From an uncultured Alistipes sp. (GTDB taxonomy: Bacteria > Bacteroidota > Bacteroidia > Bacteroidales > Rikenellaceae), in assembly GCA_964628945.1 (NCBI GenBank), contig CAZVNR010000001.1:29032-93031 (forward strand): a stretch of 64,000 nt of DNA, given 5' to 3'. Under the pieces are notes generated by a model, which did no database searches, was not told where the DNA came from, and saw nothing but the letters and a program-made list of their open reading frames with translations. This document shows, piece by piece, positions 18,448-27,414 of the stretch (the stretch's first letter is position 1; each line of letters begins with the position of its first letter). A program made the position numbers and the translations under genes.

Positions 18448-20331
18448 ATGAAAAAGTTAATGATTCTCTGCGCGATGTTCTTGTTGACATCGTGCAGTAA
18501 AACCGCAATCGAAGAGGTAACGATTGGTGCGACCGATTATGAGTTTACCGCCTATGCGCCCGACGAGCAAACGGATGCACGCACCTATGTGGACGATCAA
18601 ATGAAACTGCATTGGACCAAGAACGATCTTATCACGATCTTTCACGGTATGTTGGAGCCGTTGAAATTTGGATTTAGGGGAGAGACAGGTGCCACTTCGG
18701 GAACCTACTACAATGTGGACGGTATCTTCTACGCACCGGATCAAAGCGCTCCGAACAATGTGGCGGTTTATCCCTATTCGGCAGATCATCTGTTGGATGA
18801 GAACACACGCGCCGTCACTTTGACGATGCCCGCCGAGCAGACCTATGTCGAGAATTCGTTTGGCTTGGGAGCTAATACGATGATTGCAGTCACCTCGGAG
18901 GTGAACGATTTGGCACTCTATTTTAAGAATGTAGGTACCTATCTCAATGTTCGCCTTTGGGGTGAAAATCAAACGGTGAAAACGATCACGGTGACGGCCA
19001 CGGGCGGTGAGGCACTTTCGGGCAAAGCAGTTGTAACGCCCACCTACGGCGGTGATCCGACTTGTGTAATGGCCAATACGGGAACTGCGCCGAGCGTTCA
19101 ACTCGTCTGCGAGGAGGCTGTGACGGTCAATACCACCGAGGATGCCCCCGTATCGTTTTGGATTGTCCTACCGCCTGTTACGATGGCGAGCGGATTTAAT
19201 GTAATGGTTGAAAATGCCGACGGTGAGAAGCAGGTGTTTACGATTGACAAATCGGTAACTTTCAAACGCAATAAGTACAACACGCTGACACGCGAGTTGG
19301 CGGTTGTTGCCGAGGAGAAGATTCCCAACAACGAGATTCACTATACCGCGACTGCGAAGGTGACACCTTACAGAACAAGTGCTTTTTATGCGACTTATTT
19401 GGATGATCAATCGACCTACGACAGTAACACACAGAAAGGTGTTTTAAAATTCGATGGAGAAATCACGAGGATTGGATGGAATGCATTCTACGAACGTTCT
19501 GCACTGACATCGGTAACAGTTCCAAATAGTGTGACAAGTATTGAAGACCAAGCGTTCTATGGTTGTTCGTCGTTAGTCTCGATAGTCATTCCTAATAGTG
19601 TAACTAAAATTAAACGTGCTGCTTTCATGAGTTGCTCTTCGCTGGCATCGGTGACTATTCCCGAAGGTGTAACGACAATTGAAGAGATGACATTTTGCAA
19701 TTGTCATGGGCTGACTTCGATAACAATTCCCGAAAGCGTAACAACGATTGGAAATATGGCATTTACATATTGTAAATCACTGACCTCAATCACGATTCCA
19801 GAGAGTGTGACGGCGATTGGAACATGTGCATTCGAAGGTTGCTACTCATTGACGAGGTTTAATGGCAAATTCGCTTCAAGTGATGGGCGTTGCTTGATTA
19901 TAGATGGTACGCTTAATTCATTTGCCCCTGCCGAACGGACCTCTTATACCATTCCCGAAGGGGTAATAACGATTGGGAAAAGTGCATTTTTATACTGTTC
20001 CTCGCTAACCTCGGTAGCAATTCCTAATAGTCTAATGACGATTAGTGATTCCGCATTCAAAAATTGTACCTCGTTGACTTCTGTGACTATTCCCGAGAAT
20101 GTAACGGTGATTGGAGAAGATGCATTTAATGGTTGTTCTTCGCTGACAGCGGTCTATTGTAAACCGACCACAGTCCCATCATTACACTCCTCCTCCGCAT
20201 TTTCTAATAACGCATCCGGTCGGAAAATCTATGTTCCTGCATCGGATGATGACAGCATTATTAATGCTTACAAATCAGCTAATCTTTGGAAAGACTATGC
20301 GAACTATATCGTGGAATATAAATTTGAATAA
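18448..20331 (+). CDS. Lipoprotein: fimbrillin-like N-terminus plus BspA-type leucine-rich repeats
   Basis: Lipobox LTSC; AVYPY...P.EQTY..NSF motif; eight 23-aa TSxTIPxSVTxIGxxAFxxCxSL repeats. Confidence 0.85.
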   Translation: MKKLMILCAMFLLTSCSKTAIEEVTIGATDYEFTAYAPDEQTDARTYVDDQMKLHWTKNDLITIFHGMLEPLKFGFRGETGATSGTYYNVDGIFYAPDQSAPNNVAVYPYSADHLLDENTRAVTLTMPAEQTYVENSFGLGANTMIAVTSEVNDLALYFKNVGTYLNVRLWGENQTVKTITVTATGGEALSGKAVVTPTYGGDPTCVMANTGTAPSVQLVCEEAVTVNTTEDAPVSFWIVLPPVTMASGFNVMVENADGEKQVFTIDKSVTFKRNKYNTLTRELAVVAEEKIPNNEIHYTATAKVTPYRTSAFYATYLDDQSTYDSNTQKGVLKFDGEITRIGWNAFYERSALTSVTVPNSVTSIEDQAFYGCSSLVSIVIPNSVTKIKRAAFMSCSSLASVTIPEGVTTIEEMTFCNCHGLTSITIPESVTTIGNMAFTYCKSLTSITIPESVTAIGTCAFEGCYSLTRFNGKFASSDGRCLIIDGTLNSFAPAERTSYTIPEGVITIGKSAFLYCSSLTSVAIPNSLMTISDSAFKNCTSLTSVTIPENVTVIGEDAFNGCSSLTAVYCKPTTVPSLHSSSAFSNNASGRKIYVPASDDDSIINAYKSANLWKDYANYIVEYKFE

Positions 20332-20359
20332 CTAAATCTCAACAAAAACGAATCAAACG

Positions 20360-21052
20360 ATGGCAAAACAGGCTTTTTCACTGCGTATTTCCCAGCAAGA
20401 TTACGACGATACGATTGCCAATCGCTACACGGTGTTGCCAAAATATGGTGTTGAGGCAGCTATCTTGCAGCGAGTCTTTACACACTATCCGAAGTTTTCT
20501 TATGATGAAGTTTTGCTACGCTCAACCTTGCTTAACCAATTCTATTCAACGGCAATTTTGGATATCCGCAGTATGGCCGAGCATATTGTGCAGCTGCCGA
20601 ATGTGGCGACCGACCTGCAAGAAGGTGCACTTGATATCGTTCCGAAGATTGCGAAGTTGATGCACGGCGGAAAGCCGTGGAACCATACTTCGTTTGCGTC
20701 CAAGTTTGCAAACTATCAGAACAACGAGGCTTTTCCGATTATGGACAGCCTTGTAGTCGATGTGTTTGCCAAATTGAGAGCGCTCGGATTTTTCGTGCGA
20801 AATGCCAAGTTCTCGAAGGAGAAATTGCGTACAAATTACAACTTATATGTGGATGTTTACAATGAGTTTGTCGCCCTGTCGGGAATGGGGACACTATCTC
20901 GAAACGGGCGACCGCTCAACTATAAGGATGTAGATGATTATCTGTGGGCTTCGCGTAAGATCAAAGGGCTTGATCCGCATTCTCCCGAAGTGACAGCAGC
21001 CCCTGCGGCGTATGCACAAGTGGTTGGTAACGCGATCAACGCTATCCCATAA
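20360..21052 (+). CDS. Hypothetical protein, possibly HhH-GPD DNA-glycosylase-like
   Basis: LNQFYST, SFASKF...FPIMDSLV, VDDYLW pattern. Confidence 0.5.
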   Translation: MAKQAFSLRISQQDYDDTIANRYTVLPKYGVEAAILQRVFTHYPKFSYDEVLLRSTLLNQFYSTAILDIRSMAEHIVQLPNVATDLQEGALDIVPKIAKLMHGGKPWNHTSFASKFANYQNNEAFPIMDSLVVDVFAKLRALGFFVRNAKFSKEKLRTNYNLYVDVYNEFVALSGMGTLSRNGRPLNYKDVDDYLWASRKIKGLDPHSPEVTAAPAAYAQVVGNAINAIP

Positions 21053-21078
21053 TTTTGTTGATAATTTCCTATCTTTCC

Positions 21079-21111
21079 GGCGCGGGTATTAAAACAATAC
21101 CTGCGCTGTTT
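21079..21111 (+). terminator. Intrinsic terminator closing islet (i)
   Basis: GGCGCGGGTATT...AATACCTGCGCT followed by GTTT. Confidence 0.55.
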
Positions 21112-21117
21112 GTGTGT

Positions 21118-21225
21118 GGGGGGGGGCTGGGAGAGCTGGGAGGTTAAAGGCCATTAAGGGCGATTAAAGGCTATTAAGGATTAGGCTTCCGTTAATCGCC
21201 GTTAATTACCCTTAATAGCCCTTTT
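21118..21225. repeat. G9 run, GCTGGGAG duplication and inverted 10-nt tandem arrays
   Basis: TTAAAGGCCA TTAAGGGCGA TTAAAGGCTA TTAAGG versus GTTAATCGCC GTTAATTACC CTTAATAGCC. Confidence 0.7.
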
Positions 21226-21246
21226 CGATGGCGTGCAGGCCACCAA

Positions 21247-22011
21247 TTACTCGCAACAGCCGTCGCCCGCGTGGTGTTCCAAGACCGTGTGGGGGATCGC
21301 GCCGTGCGAAATCAGCTGGATCGGACAATTATAGTTCGCCAGTTGTTCGGCCGTGATGCGGTTGGAGCGGTGGCGGTGCACCGTGCGATTGACGCAGACG
21401 ATCTCCTTCACCACGCTCGTAATCGTGCCGATGTCGTGCGAGATCACAACGATCGCCATCCGCTCGTTCAGCTCGCTCAAGGCGTGGTAGAGTTCGTGCT
21501 CGAAGCGGTTATCGACAAAGTTGGTCGGCTCGTCGAGGATCAGCAGTTTCGGGTCGGAGATCACCGCCCGACAGAGCAGCGCACGCTGCATCTGACCGCC
21601 CGAAACGGCGCCGATCGGGTGGTCGGCCACCGCCTCGATCCCCATCCGCGCGAGGAGCTGACTCGCCTTCTCGCGGTCGGCGCGTGTGTAACGACAGCCA
21701 AAGCCGCGCCGCCCTTGCAGCCCCGACAGAACCGCCTCCTCGACCGAGATCGGGAAGGCGCGATCGAAGGTCGTCAGCTGCGGCATATAGCCGATCAACC
21801 GCTCGCGGCCGTCGCAGAGCGCGGGGGCAAAACGGATGCGCCCCGTGTAGGGTACCGCTCCGAGGATCGCCTTGACGAGCGTGGTTTTCCCCCCGCCGTT
21901 CGGGCCGATCACCCCGATAAAATCCCCCTCCGAGATCGTCAGATCGACCCCGTGCAGCGCTTCACAACCGTCGTAGGCGACGCTGACCTGTTCGAGCGAA
22001 ACAAGTTCCAT
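21247..22011 (-). CDS. znuC: Zn/Mn ABC transporter ATP-binding protein
   Basis: GPNGGGKTT, VSGGQMQR, LILDEP, His/Cys tail. Confidence 0.85.
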   Translation of the reverse strand: MELVSLEQVSVAYDGCEALHGVDLTISEGDFIGVIGPNGGGKTTLVKAILGAVPYTGRIRFAPALCDGRERLIGYMPQLTTFDRAFPISVEEAVLSGLQGRRGFGCRYTRADREKASQLLARMGIEAVADHPIGAVSGGQMQRALLCRAVISDPKLLILDEPTNFVDNRFEHELYHALSELNERMAIVVISHDIGTITSVVKEIVCVNRTVHRHRSNRITAEQLANYNCPIQLISHGAIPHTVLEHHAGDGCCE

Positions 22012-22904
22012 TATTTGCTGATCTTTAAGGTGATAAATCGGATTACTTCATCCACATTCTCGGCCAGCGGATCGAACGCTACCGCCTCGGCCTCCATATC
22101 GGCCGCGACGGCCTCAACGCTCGAGCGCGGGAATTGCCGTTGGTAGAGGATCGTGCGGATGCCGGCCGCGCGGGCGCGACGAATCAGCGCGGAGAGGTGG
22201 CGCGGCGACGGCTCCTTGCCCTCCTGTTCGATGGCCGTCTGTGTCAGGCCGTAGTCGCGGGCGTAGTAGGTGAGGGCAGGGTGGTAGATGACAAACTCCC
22301 GCCGCTCGGTTGCCGCCCAGTGTGCCGCCACTTCGCGGTCAAGCTCCTGAAGATCAGCCTGCAAGGCGGCGTAATTGGTCGCATAGCGCACCGAATCGGG
22401 GTAGGCCGCACCGATCGCCGCGTAGAGGTTCGCCGCCATCTGTTGCAGTGCCCGCGGCGAGGTCCAGATGTGCGGGTCGATGCCGTGGGCGTGGTGATGC
22501 GCGTGATCGTGGGAGTGGTCGTGCGCGTGGCTGCACGAGCCGGCGATCAGTTCGATCCCCTCGTGGAGTGGAACAATTTTCTCCTGACGCTCAATGCGTT
22601 GCAGCAGTGCCTGCTCGAAGTCGATCAGCCCGACCGCGAAGAGCCATCGGCACTCGTTGACGGCGATCAGCTGGCGCGGGGTCGGCTCGAAGGTCTCGGG
22701 CGAGGCCCCCGCCGGCACCAGCACCTCGATCGGGAAGTCGTCGCCCACGATGCGCTCGGCAAGCCCCTTGAGGGGTGCGATCGAGACATAGATCGTCTGC
22801 GGGTCGATCGGCTCGGGGCGCGAACCGCAAGCCGTCAGCAGGAGGGTAGCGACCCACAGGAGGGCACGGCGCGACAGGGTGGTGATGATTCGTTGCTGTT
22901 TCAT
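22011..22904 (-). CDS. znuA: Zn ABC transporter substrate-binding lipoprotein
   Basis: LTAC lipobox, His-rich loop HAHDHSHDHAHHHAH, DPHIWTSP; TACCTTTG lies 5 nt before ATG (probably leaderless). Confidence 0.87.
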   Translation of the reverse strand: MKQQRIITTLSRRALLWVATLLLTACGSRPEPIDPQTIYVSIAPLKGLAERIVGDDFPIEVLVPAGASPETFEPTPRQLIAVNECRWLFAVGLIDFEQALLQRIERQEKIVPLHEGIELIAGSCSHAHDHSHDHAHHHAHGIDPHIWTSPRALQQMAANLYAAIGAAYPDSVRYATNYAALQADLQELDREVAAHWAATERREFVIYHPALTYYARDYGLTQTAIEQEGKEPSPRHLSALIRRARAAGIRTILYQRQFPRSSVEAVAADMEAEAVAFDPLAENVDEVIRFITLKISK

Positions 22905-23011
22905 GGTGGCAAAGGTACAAAAATTCCCCTCAAATTTGCATTTTTGGCCGCCGGTGTGTAGCTTTGTAGGTGAGAAAACCGTTTTATGAACCTTTTAGAA
23001 CCGATTTCACG

Positions 23012-23383
23012 ATGAAACGACTGCTCCTTTGCCTCCTCTTCGCGCTGCTCACGACGGGACTTTTTGCTGCCGACCGAACGACGATGATCACCGTCAAAAG
23101 CGACATCCACAGCTCGATGAACTTCACCATCACACTCAAGACCTTCCAGCGGATGTTCCGTTTTATGCCCTCGGCGGTGCGCGACCGTGCCAAGACGGAG
23201 TATCGCTGGTTCCGCGAGCAGCAGTTTGGCGATGCCGACTTCAAACGCGGCTCGATGGATTGCCGACTGCGGATGGCAAGCGAGGGGTCGATGACCTTCA
23301 CCTATCGCGGCATCACGGGCACGATCACAAACACCGACTGGAAAACACTCGACGGCGTTTTCGACTACAAACCGAAGAGGTAG
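23012..23383 (+). CDS. Small exported hypothetical protein
   Basis: Signal peptide MKRLLLCLLFALLTTGLFA; hairpin plus T-run at 23443-23484. Confidence 0.7.
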   Translation: MKRLLLCLLFALLTTGLFAADRTTMITVKSDIHSSMNFTITLKTFQRMFRFMPSAVRDRAKTEYRWFREQQFGDADFKRGSMDCRLRMASEGSMTFTYRGITGTITNTDWKTLDGVFDYKPKR

Positions 23384-23659
23384 GGGAGTAGGGCAGCCAT
23401 ATCCGCTTTGCCCACTCTCCGCAAAGTTCCTTCCCCGAAAAACCACACCTCACCCCGCCCAAGCGCGGCGTGAGGTGTTTTTTGTGCAATTTCCGGCAAG
23501 CTAAAAGAAGAAAAATTGCATTCAACGGCTTGGTTTGTTGCGAAAAAACATTCTTTTTACGAACTTTGCTATCACAAAAGGTTCTTTTCGTCGGCTTAAA
23601 ATTTGCAACAATCCCGAAAAAAGAGGTGTTGTCGTATTGCGTTTTCAAAATTTGTTTTC

Positions 23660-23667
23660 TACCTTTG
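23660..23667 (+). promoter_or_regulatory. -7 promoter element (TACCTTTG) for islet (ii)
   Basis: TAnnTTTG about 35 nt before leader copy B. Confidence 0.6.
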
Positions 23668-23701
23668 TGGAACATAAAATTTACGGAAGCGTAAGTTTAT
23701 T

Positions 23702-23860
23702 CTTGTAGAGAAATCTGGTAAATTTCAACGCGATGAGAATAGGCGACCGCATCTCCCGTCGTATCAGTACGATACAGGCGCGGGGTTGTTGCTTATTTTA
23801 TCGCAGGGCATTACCAGAGCCTCTCTACAAAATAAGCTATCAGCCCTGCGCTTTCTTTTT
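23702..23860 (+). ncRNA. Structured 5' leader / putative attenuator RNA, copy B
   Basis: CTTGTAGAGAAATCTGGTAA pairs with TTACCAGAGCCTCTCTACAA; GCGCGGGGTTG pairs with CAGCCCTGCGC ahead of TTTCTTTTT. Confidence 0.65.
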
Positions 23861-23870
23861 ATTACTATTT

Positions 23871-25601
23871 ATGGAAAGATCGAATGTGGAAACAGCTAAC
23901 ACGAACGACTGTTTGGAGTTCTTACGCAATAACGGTATTGAAACACTCTATCATTTTACTGATAGGCTCAATATTGCATCGATAGTACGACATAAAGGGT
24001 TATACTCTTGGGATGCATGCCAGCGTAAAGAAATCACTATAAGCCATCCGGGCGGTAACGAACTTTCACGCCAGTTGGATAGACGATATCATTTGGAAAA
24101 CTTTGTTCGTTTATCATTTTGCGGAGATCATCCCATGCTGCATAATGCAGTAAAAGATGGACGAATAAGGAATCCCATAATACTGGAAATTGATCCGGCA
24201 ATCGTTTGTAATGCAACAACAGTAAAATTCTCCAATATGAATGCAACTGACAATTTTGCAAGCATTGGCGTTGGAATTACTGCTTTATGTGCTGTGGATT
24301 TCAGTATAATGAATCAAAATTACAACAACCTTGACGAAGAACACAAAAAGAAATATCAAGCAGAAGTCCTCATAGAGGAATGTGTTCCACTTAAACACAT
24401 ACGGGAACCGCAAACTTTAATTCAGCATCTATCGATTGGGGAAATTGAAGAGATAAAACAATTTTGGGAGTCCCAACTTAAAGAGCCTCAAATAAATAGG
24501 TTGATTCAAGATGACATCCGATATGCAGACATGCCTACACCCATTAGTTGGCGCGCTGAGAGTTATACATCGGCAACTATAAATGGTAAGAGCTGCAATG
24601 CACAAAGCATTAATATTGATGCCAATCAGCAAACTTGTAAGCTGATTGTATTGAACGAGTATGAGCTTGCAGGTATCCATATCTGCAAGCAGAAAGAAAA
24701 AACGATACATTTAAGACAGTATAATTTAGCAGAAATACAGATTTCTATTGAAAAAGATACAATTATAAAAGACCTAGCTACTTTAATAGAAGTCAAGTGG
24801 GAAATAAAACATGCATCTCACCCCATATTATACTTTAACGAACAGTGTATCGATTTACCCAACATTCCCCGTGGATCGCACTATATCACGGTTGCTGACA
24901 CTACGCGCTTACACATTGAAGTCACCGGAGAAGATCGTATTCGAAAATTCAGAAGTAAAGACATTGTAATTAAAGCCAAATACGAGGCCACAATCAAGGT
25001 GTTCGCGAGCGACAGGCTCTGCTCCTATCCGGTGATTCCTATTGGGTTGAAATGGGAAGTACACCATGCAAACAAGGTATGGTGGGCTATTGACGAAAAT
25101 GTAGTCGAAACAATACCCTCAAAGGGAATATTAGACTATATCTTCAAAGAGAGTGCTAAAATAACCATCTACGCTGAGGATGATTTCAGTATAAAGCAAC
25201 AATCCATCAAGGTGATCGTGTTGCCTCTACCGGAGATTAAGATGCTATCTGTGCCTTTGCCAACCATTGACAAGGAAGTGCAAATACACATCAACAGACC
25301 ACATATATGTGCTGGCTTAGCTTTCCCGAAAATATTGGAAATTGAGGGTACGCATTTTCAGACAACTACATTCAAGAAACCAAGTTCTACTTCGATAAGG
25401 GTGGAAGATGTTGCTACAATTTCATGCCCATATCGAGTTGTACATCAAACCGTACTCCAACCAAATTCCTCTATTGGGTTTGGAAGCCTGAGATTATCAA
25501 ACCTAAAAAACATTGCAGATATAATTATTAAAAAAATTAGATATGGAAAACTACAACAAACCAAACACAAGCAACATTGCACCACAAGCAAAGAAAGCTA
25601 A
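23871..25601 (+). CDS. DarT (DUF4433)-like ADP-ribosyltransferase domain fused to a long beta-rich, repeat-like C-terminus
   Basis: LYHFT..NIASI...GLYS, FVRLSF...HPML, FSNMNA, YQAEVL; tail with recurring ISW/VKWEI/LKWEV; start moved to the ATG after the leader. Confidence 0.8.
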   Translation: MERSNVETANTNDCLEFLRNNGIETLYHFTDRLNIASIVRHKGLYSWDACQRKEITISHPGGNELSRQLDRRYHLENFVRLSFCGDHPMLHNAVKDGRIRNPIILEIDPAIVCNATTVKFSNMNATDNFASIGVGITALCAVDFSIMNQNYNNLDEEHKKKYQAEVLIEECVPLKHIREPQTLIQHLSIGEIEEIKQFWESQLKEPQINRLIQDDIRYADMPTPISWRAESYTSATINGKSCNAQSINIDANQQTCKLIVLNEYELAGIHICKQKEKTIHLRQYNLAEIQISIEKDTIIKDLATLIEVKWEIKHASHPILYFNEQCIDLPNIPRGSHYITVADTTRLHIEVTGEDRIRKFRSKDIVIKAKYEATIKVFASDRLCSYPVIPIGLKWEVHHANKVWWAIDENVVETIPSKGILDYIFKESAKITIYAEDDFSIKQQSIKVIVLPLPEIKMLSVPLPTIDKEVQIHINRPHICAGLAFPKILEIEGTHFQTTTFKKPSSTSIRVEDVATISCPYRVVHQTVLQPNSSIGFGSLRLSNLKNIADIIIKKIRYGKLQQTKHKQHCTTSKES

Positions 25602-26766
25602 CTTTGTGACGGAATTTCTATGGAACTTTGCAGGTGTTAACAAAGCTCTATTAAGACAATGCCCCAACGAATGGGCAAAGTATGCCGGTATGGGTGGTAC
25701 GATTTTAAGTACAGCTATTATGGCTGCATGCTCTGGCGGGTATGCCATATATCTTGTATTTCAAAACATGATAATTTCGGTGATTTTTGGCACTTTTTGG
25801 GGAGTGTTGATTATGAATTTGGATAGATTTATAACTAGCACAATGTATTCCGATGGAAAACATACTATCAGTTGGGAGGAAATCAAGGCGGGCTTTCCCC
25901 GTATTATAATGGCAATATTCTTAGGTATTATTATTTCAACTCCAATTGAAATGAGGTTATTTGAGGAACGAATCAATGTTGAAATTCAGAAAATCAACAC
26001 GCAAAGACTATCTGAATATGACGACATGATCCGAGACCAATATTCCACAGAGAAACTGGAAACAGAACAAAAAGCCATTAATGATGAAATTGCCCGCTTG
26101 CAACTTAATGTGGAAACAATGCGGCAAATTCTACAAGAAGAAATAGACGGCCGTTCAGGAAGCGGGAAAAAAGGTGATGGTCCGGCTGCAAAACAAAAAC
26201 GATTAAATCTTCGAGATGCCGAACGAGATTTAAGGGATTACAAGGAGGCATCAAAGGAGAAAATAGCTAAGATAGACCTACAAATCGAAGAGATTTTGGC
26301 TCAAAAAGCAATGGCCGAAAAGACTTACAAGGAACCCTTGCAGGAGAATGGATTTTGCCAAAGCTATGAGGCTTTTGCTAAAATCGAAGATGAAAGCATC
26401 GAATTGAAATGGGCTGTTTGGTTCATTCGCCTGCTATTTATCATTATTGAAGTAGCTCCTACTTTGCTAAGAATGATGATGGCCTCAGGAGCATACGATG
26501 AGCTGCTGCGTGCGCAAAGCCTATCTATTGCTCAAGTTGCAAAAAAAGATTGCTTGGACATCATAAAAGAGTATGAGACCGAAGTGGCCATAAGTACGGA
26601 AAGAAATAGAGTCAGATTAGAGGCTGAAACAAGGGCCAACCAAGAACTATATCAAGGTATAGCTAGCGCTCAATCTGAAATTCTCCAACGGGCTATCGAC
26701 CAATGGAAAGTCAGCGAATTAGAAAAAGTATCGCAAGATCCAACAACTTACCTTAAAGTTAATTAA
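25543..26766 (+). CDS. DUF4407-like membrane/coiled-coil protein
   Basis: FLWNFAG...KYAGMGG...WGVLIMNLDRFI...RIIMAIFLGIIIS.PIEMRLF; EIDGRSGSGKKGDGP; overlaps upstream ORF by 59 nt. Confidence 0.8.
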   Translation: MENYNKPNTSNIAPQAKKANFVTEFLWNFAGVNKALLRQCPNEWAKYAGMGGTILSTAIMAACSGGYAIYLVFQNMIISVIFGTFWGVLIMNLDRFITSTMYSDGKHTISWEEIKAGFPRIIMAIFLGIIISTPIEMRLFEERINVEIQKINTQRLSEYDDMIRDQYSTEKLETEQKAINDEIARLQLNVETMRQILQEEIDGRSGSGKKGDGPAAKQKRLNLRDAERDLRDYKEASKEKIAKIDLQIEEILAQKAMAEKTYKEPLQENGFCQSYEAFAKIEDESIELKWAVWFIRLLFIIIEVAPTLLRMMMASGAYDELLRAQSLSIAQVAKKDCLDIIKEYETEVAISTERNRVRLEAETRANQELYQGIASAQSEILQRAIDQWKVSELEKVSQDPTTYLKVN

Positions 26767-27015
26767 TAGGTGATCTAAGAATAAGGCAACAAAATAAAAA
26801 CAAGCATCACCTCTTGTTTGATTCAAAAACTTGTATTAACTTTGCGGAGGCGAAGGAGTAATAACCCCATAAAACGGTAAGCAAACAAAACAGACAGTGA
26901 CTGATTAGCGCGATTACAATCTATTCATCGCAAATTTTGGACTTTTTCTCTTGGGATTAGTTTCCCCTACGGTTTGGGTAGCTATATGATATAAACCAAA
27001 CAAAAAAACAACACT

Positions 27016-27372
27016 ATGGGGAGAACTATGTCCAAAAATGAAGAGTTGTCGATGCGAGGCGTCAGACGACTTTTAGAGCGCAATCAGTTGACTTACAAAG
27101 TCTGGGGAGATCAAATCCTATTCGATCGAATCACAAATCGGCATCAGGGGCACTGCTCCTACTATTTCATCCGTTTCACGGAGGATGCACGCCGTGTAGG
27201 GCGACAAATAATCGCTTTCGGCTTTGTGCGACACGAAGTAGGCAACCCTTTGAATGTCTTTGAACTGAAGGTGTATCGGCAGGCAGTCTGTACCGATATG
27301 GCGTTTTTCGCCTTTCACTTTCACGACCTGTTTCGTGATTTCTACCCACACGACGAATACAATCGTTGGTAG
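27016..27372 (+). CDS. Hypothetical protein
   Basis: 118-aa ORF after TAACTTTG (26837) and an A-rich start region. Confidence 0.65.
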   Translation: MGRTMSKNEELSMRGVRRLLERNQLTYKVWGDQILFDRITNRHQGHCSYYFIRFTEDARRVGRQIIAFGFVRHEVGNPLNVFELKVYRQAVCTDMAFFAFHFHDLFRDFYPHDEYNRW

Positions 27373-27414
27373 GGTAGGCTAACATGTATTAAAAACAAAA
27401 AAAATACTACATTC

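Noticed and set aside
19440..20160. Diversity-generating retroelement acting on the LRR region
   Set aside because: No reverse transcriptase, and no template/variable repeat pair differing only at adenines was visible.
23733..23870. Longer N-terminus (MRIGDRISRR...) for the DarT fusion, and ORF 18038-18238
   Set aside because: Both run through the structured leader RNA; the ATG at 23871 has the AT-rich context typical of real starts.
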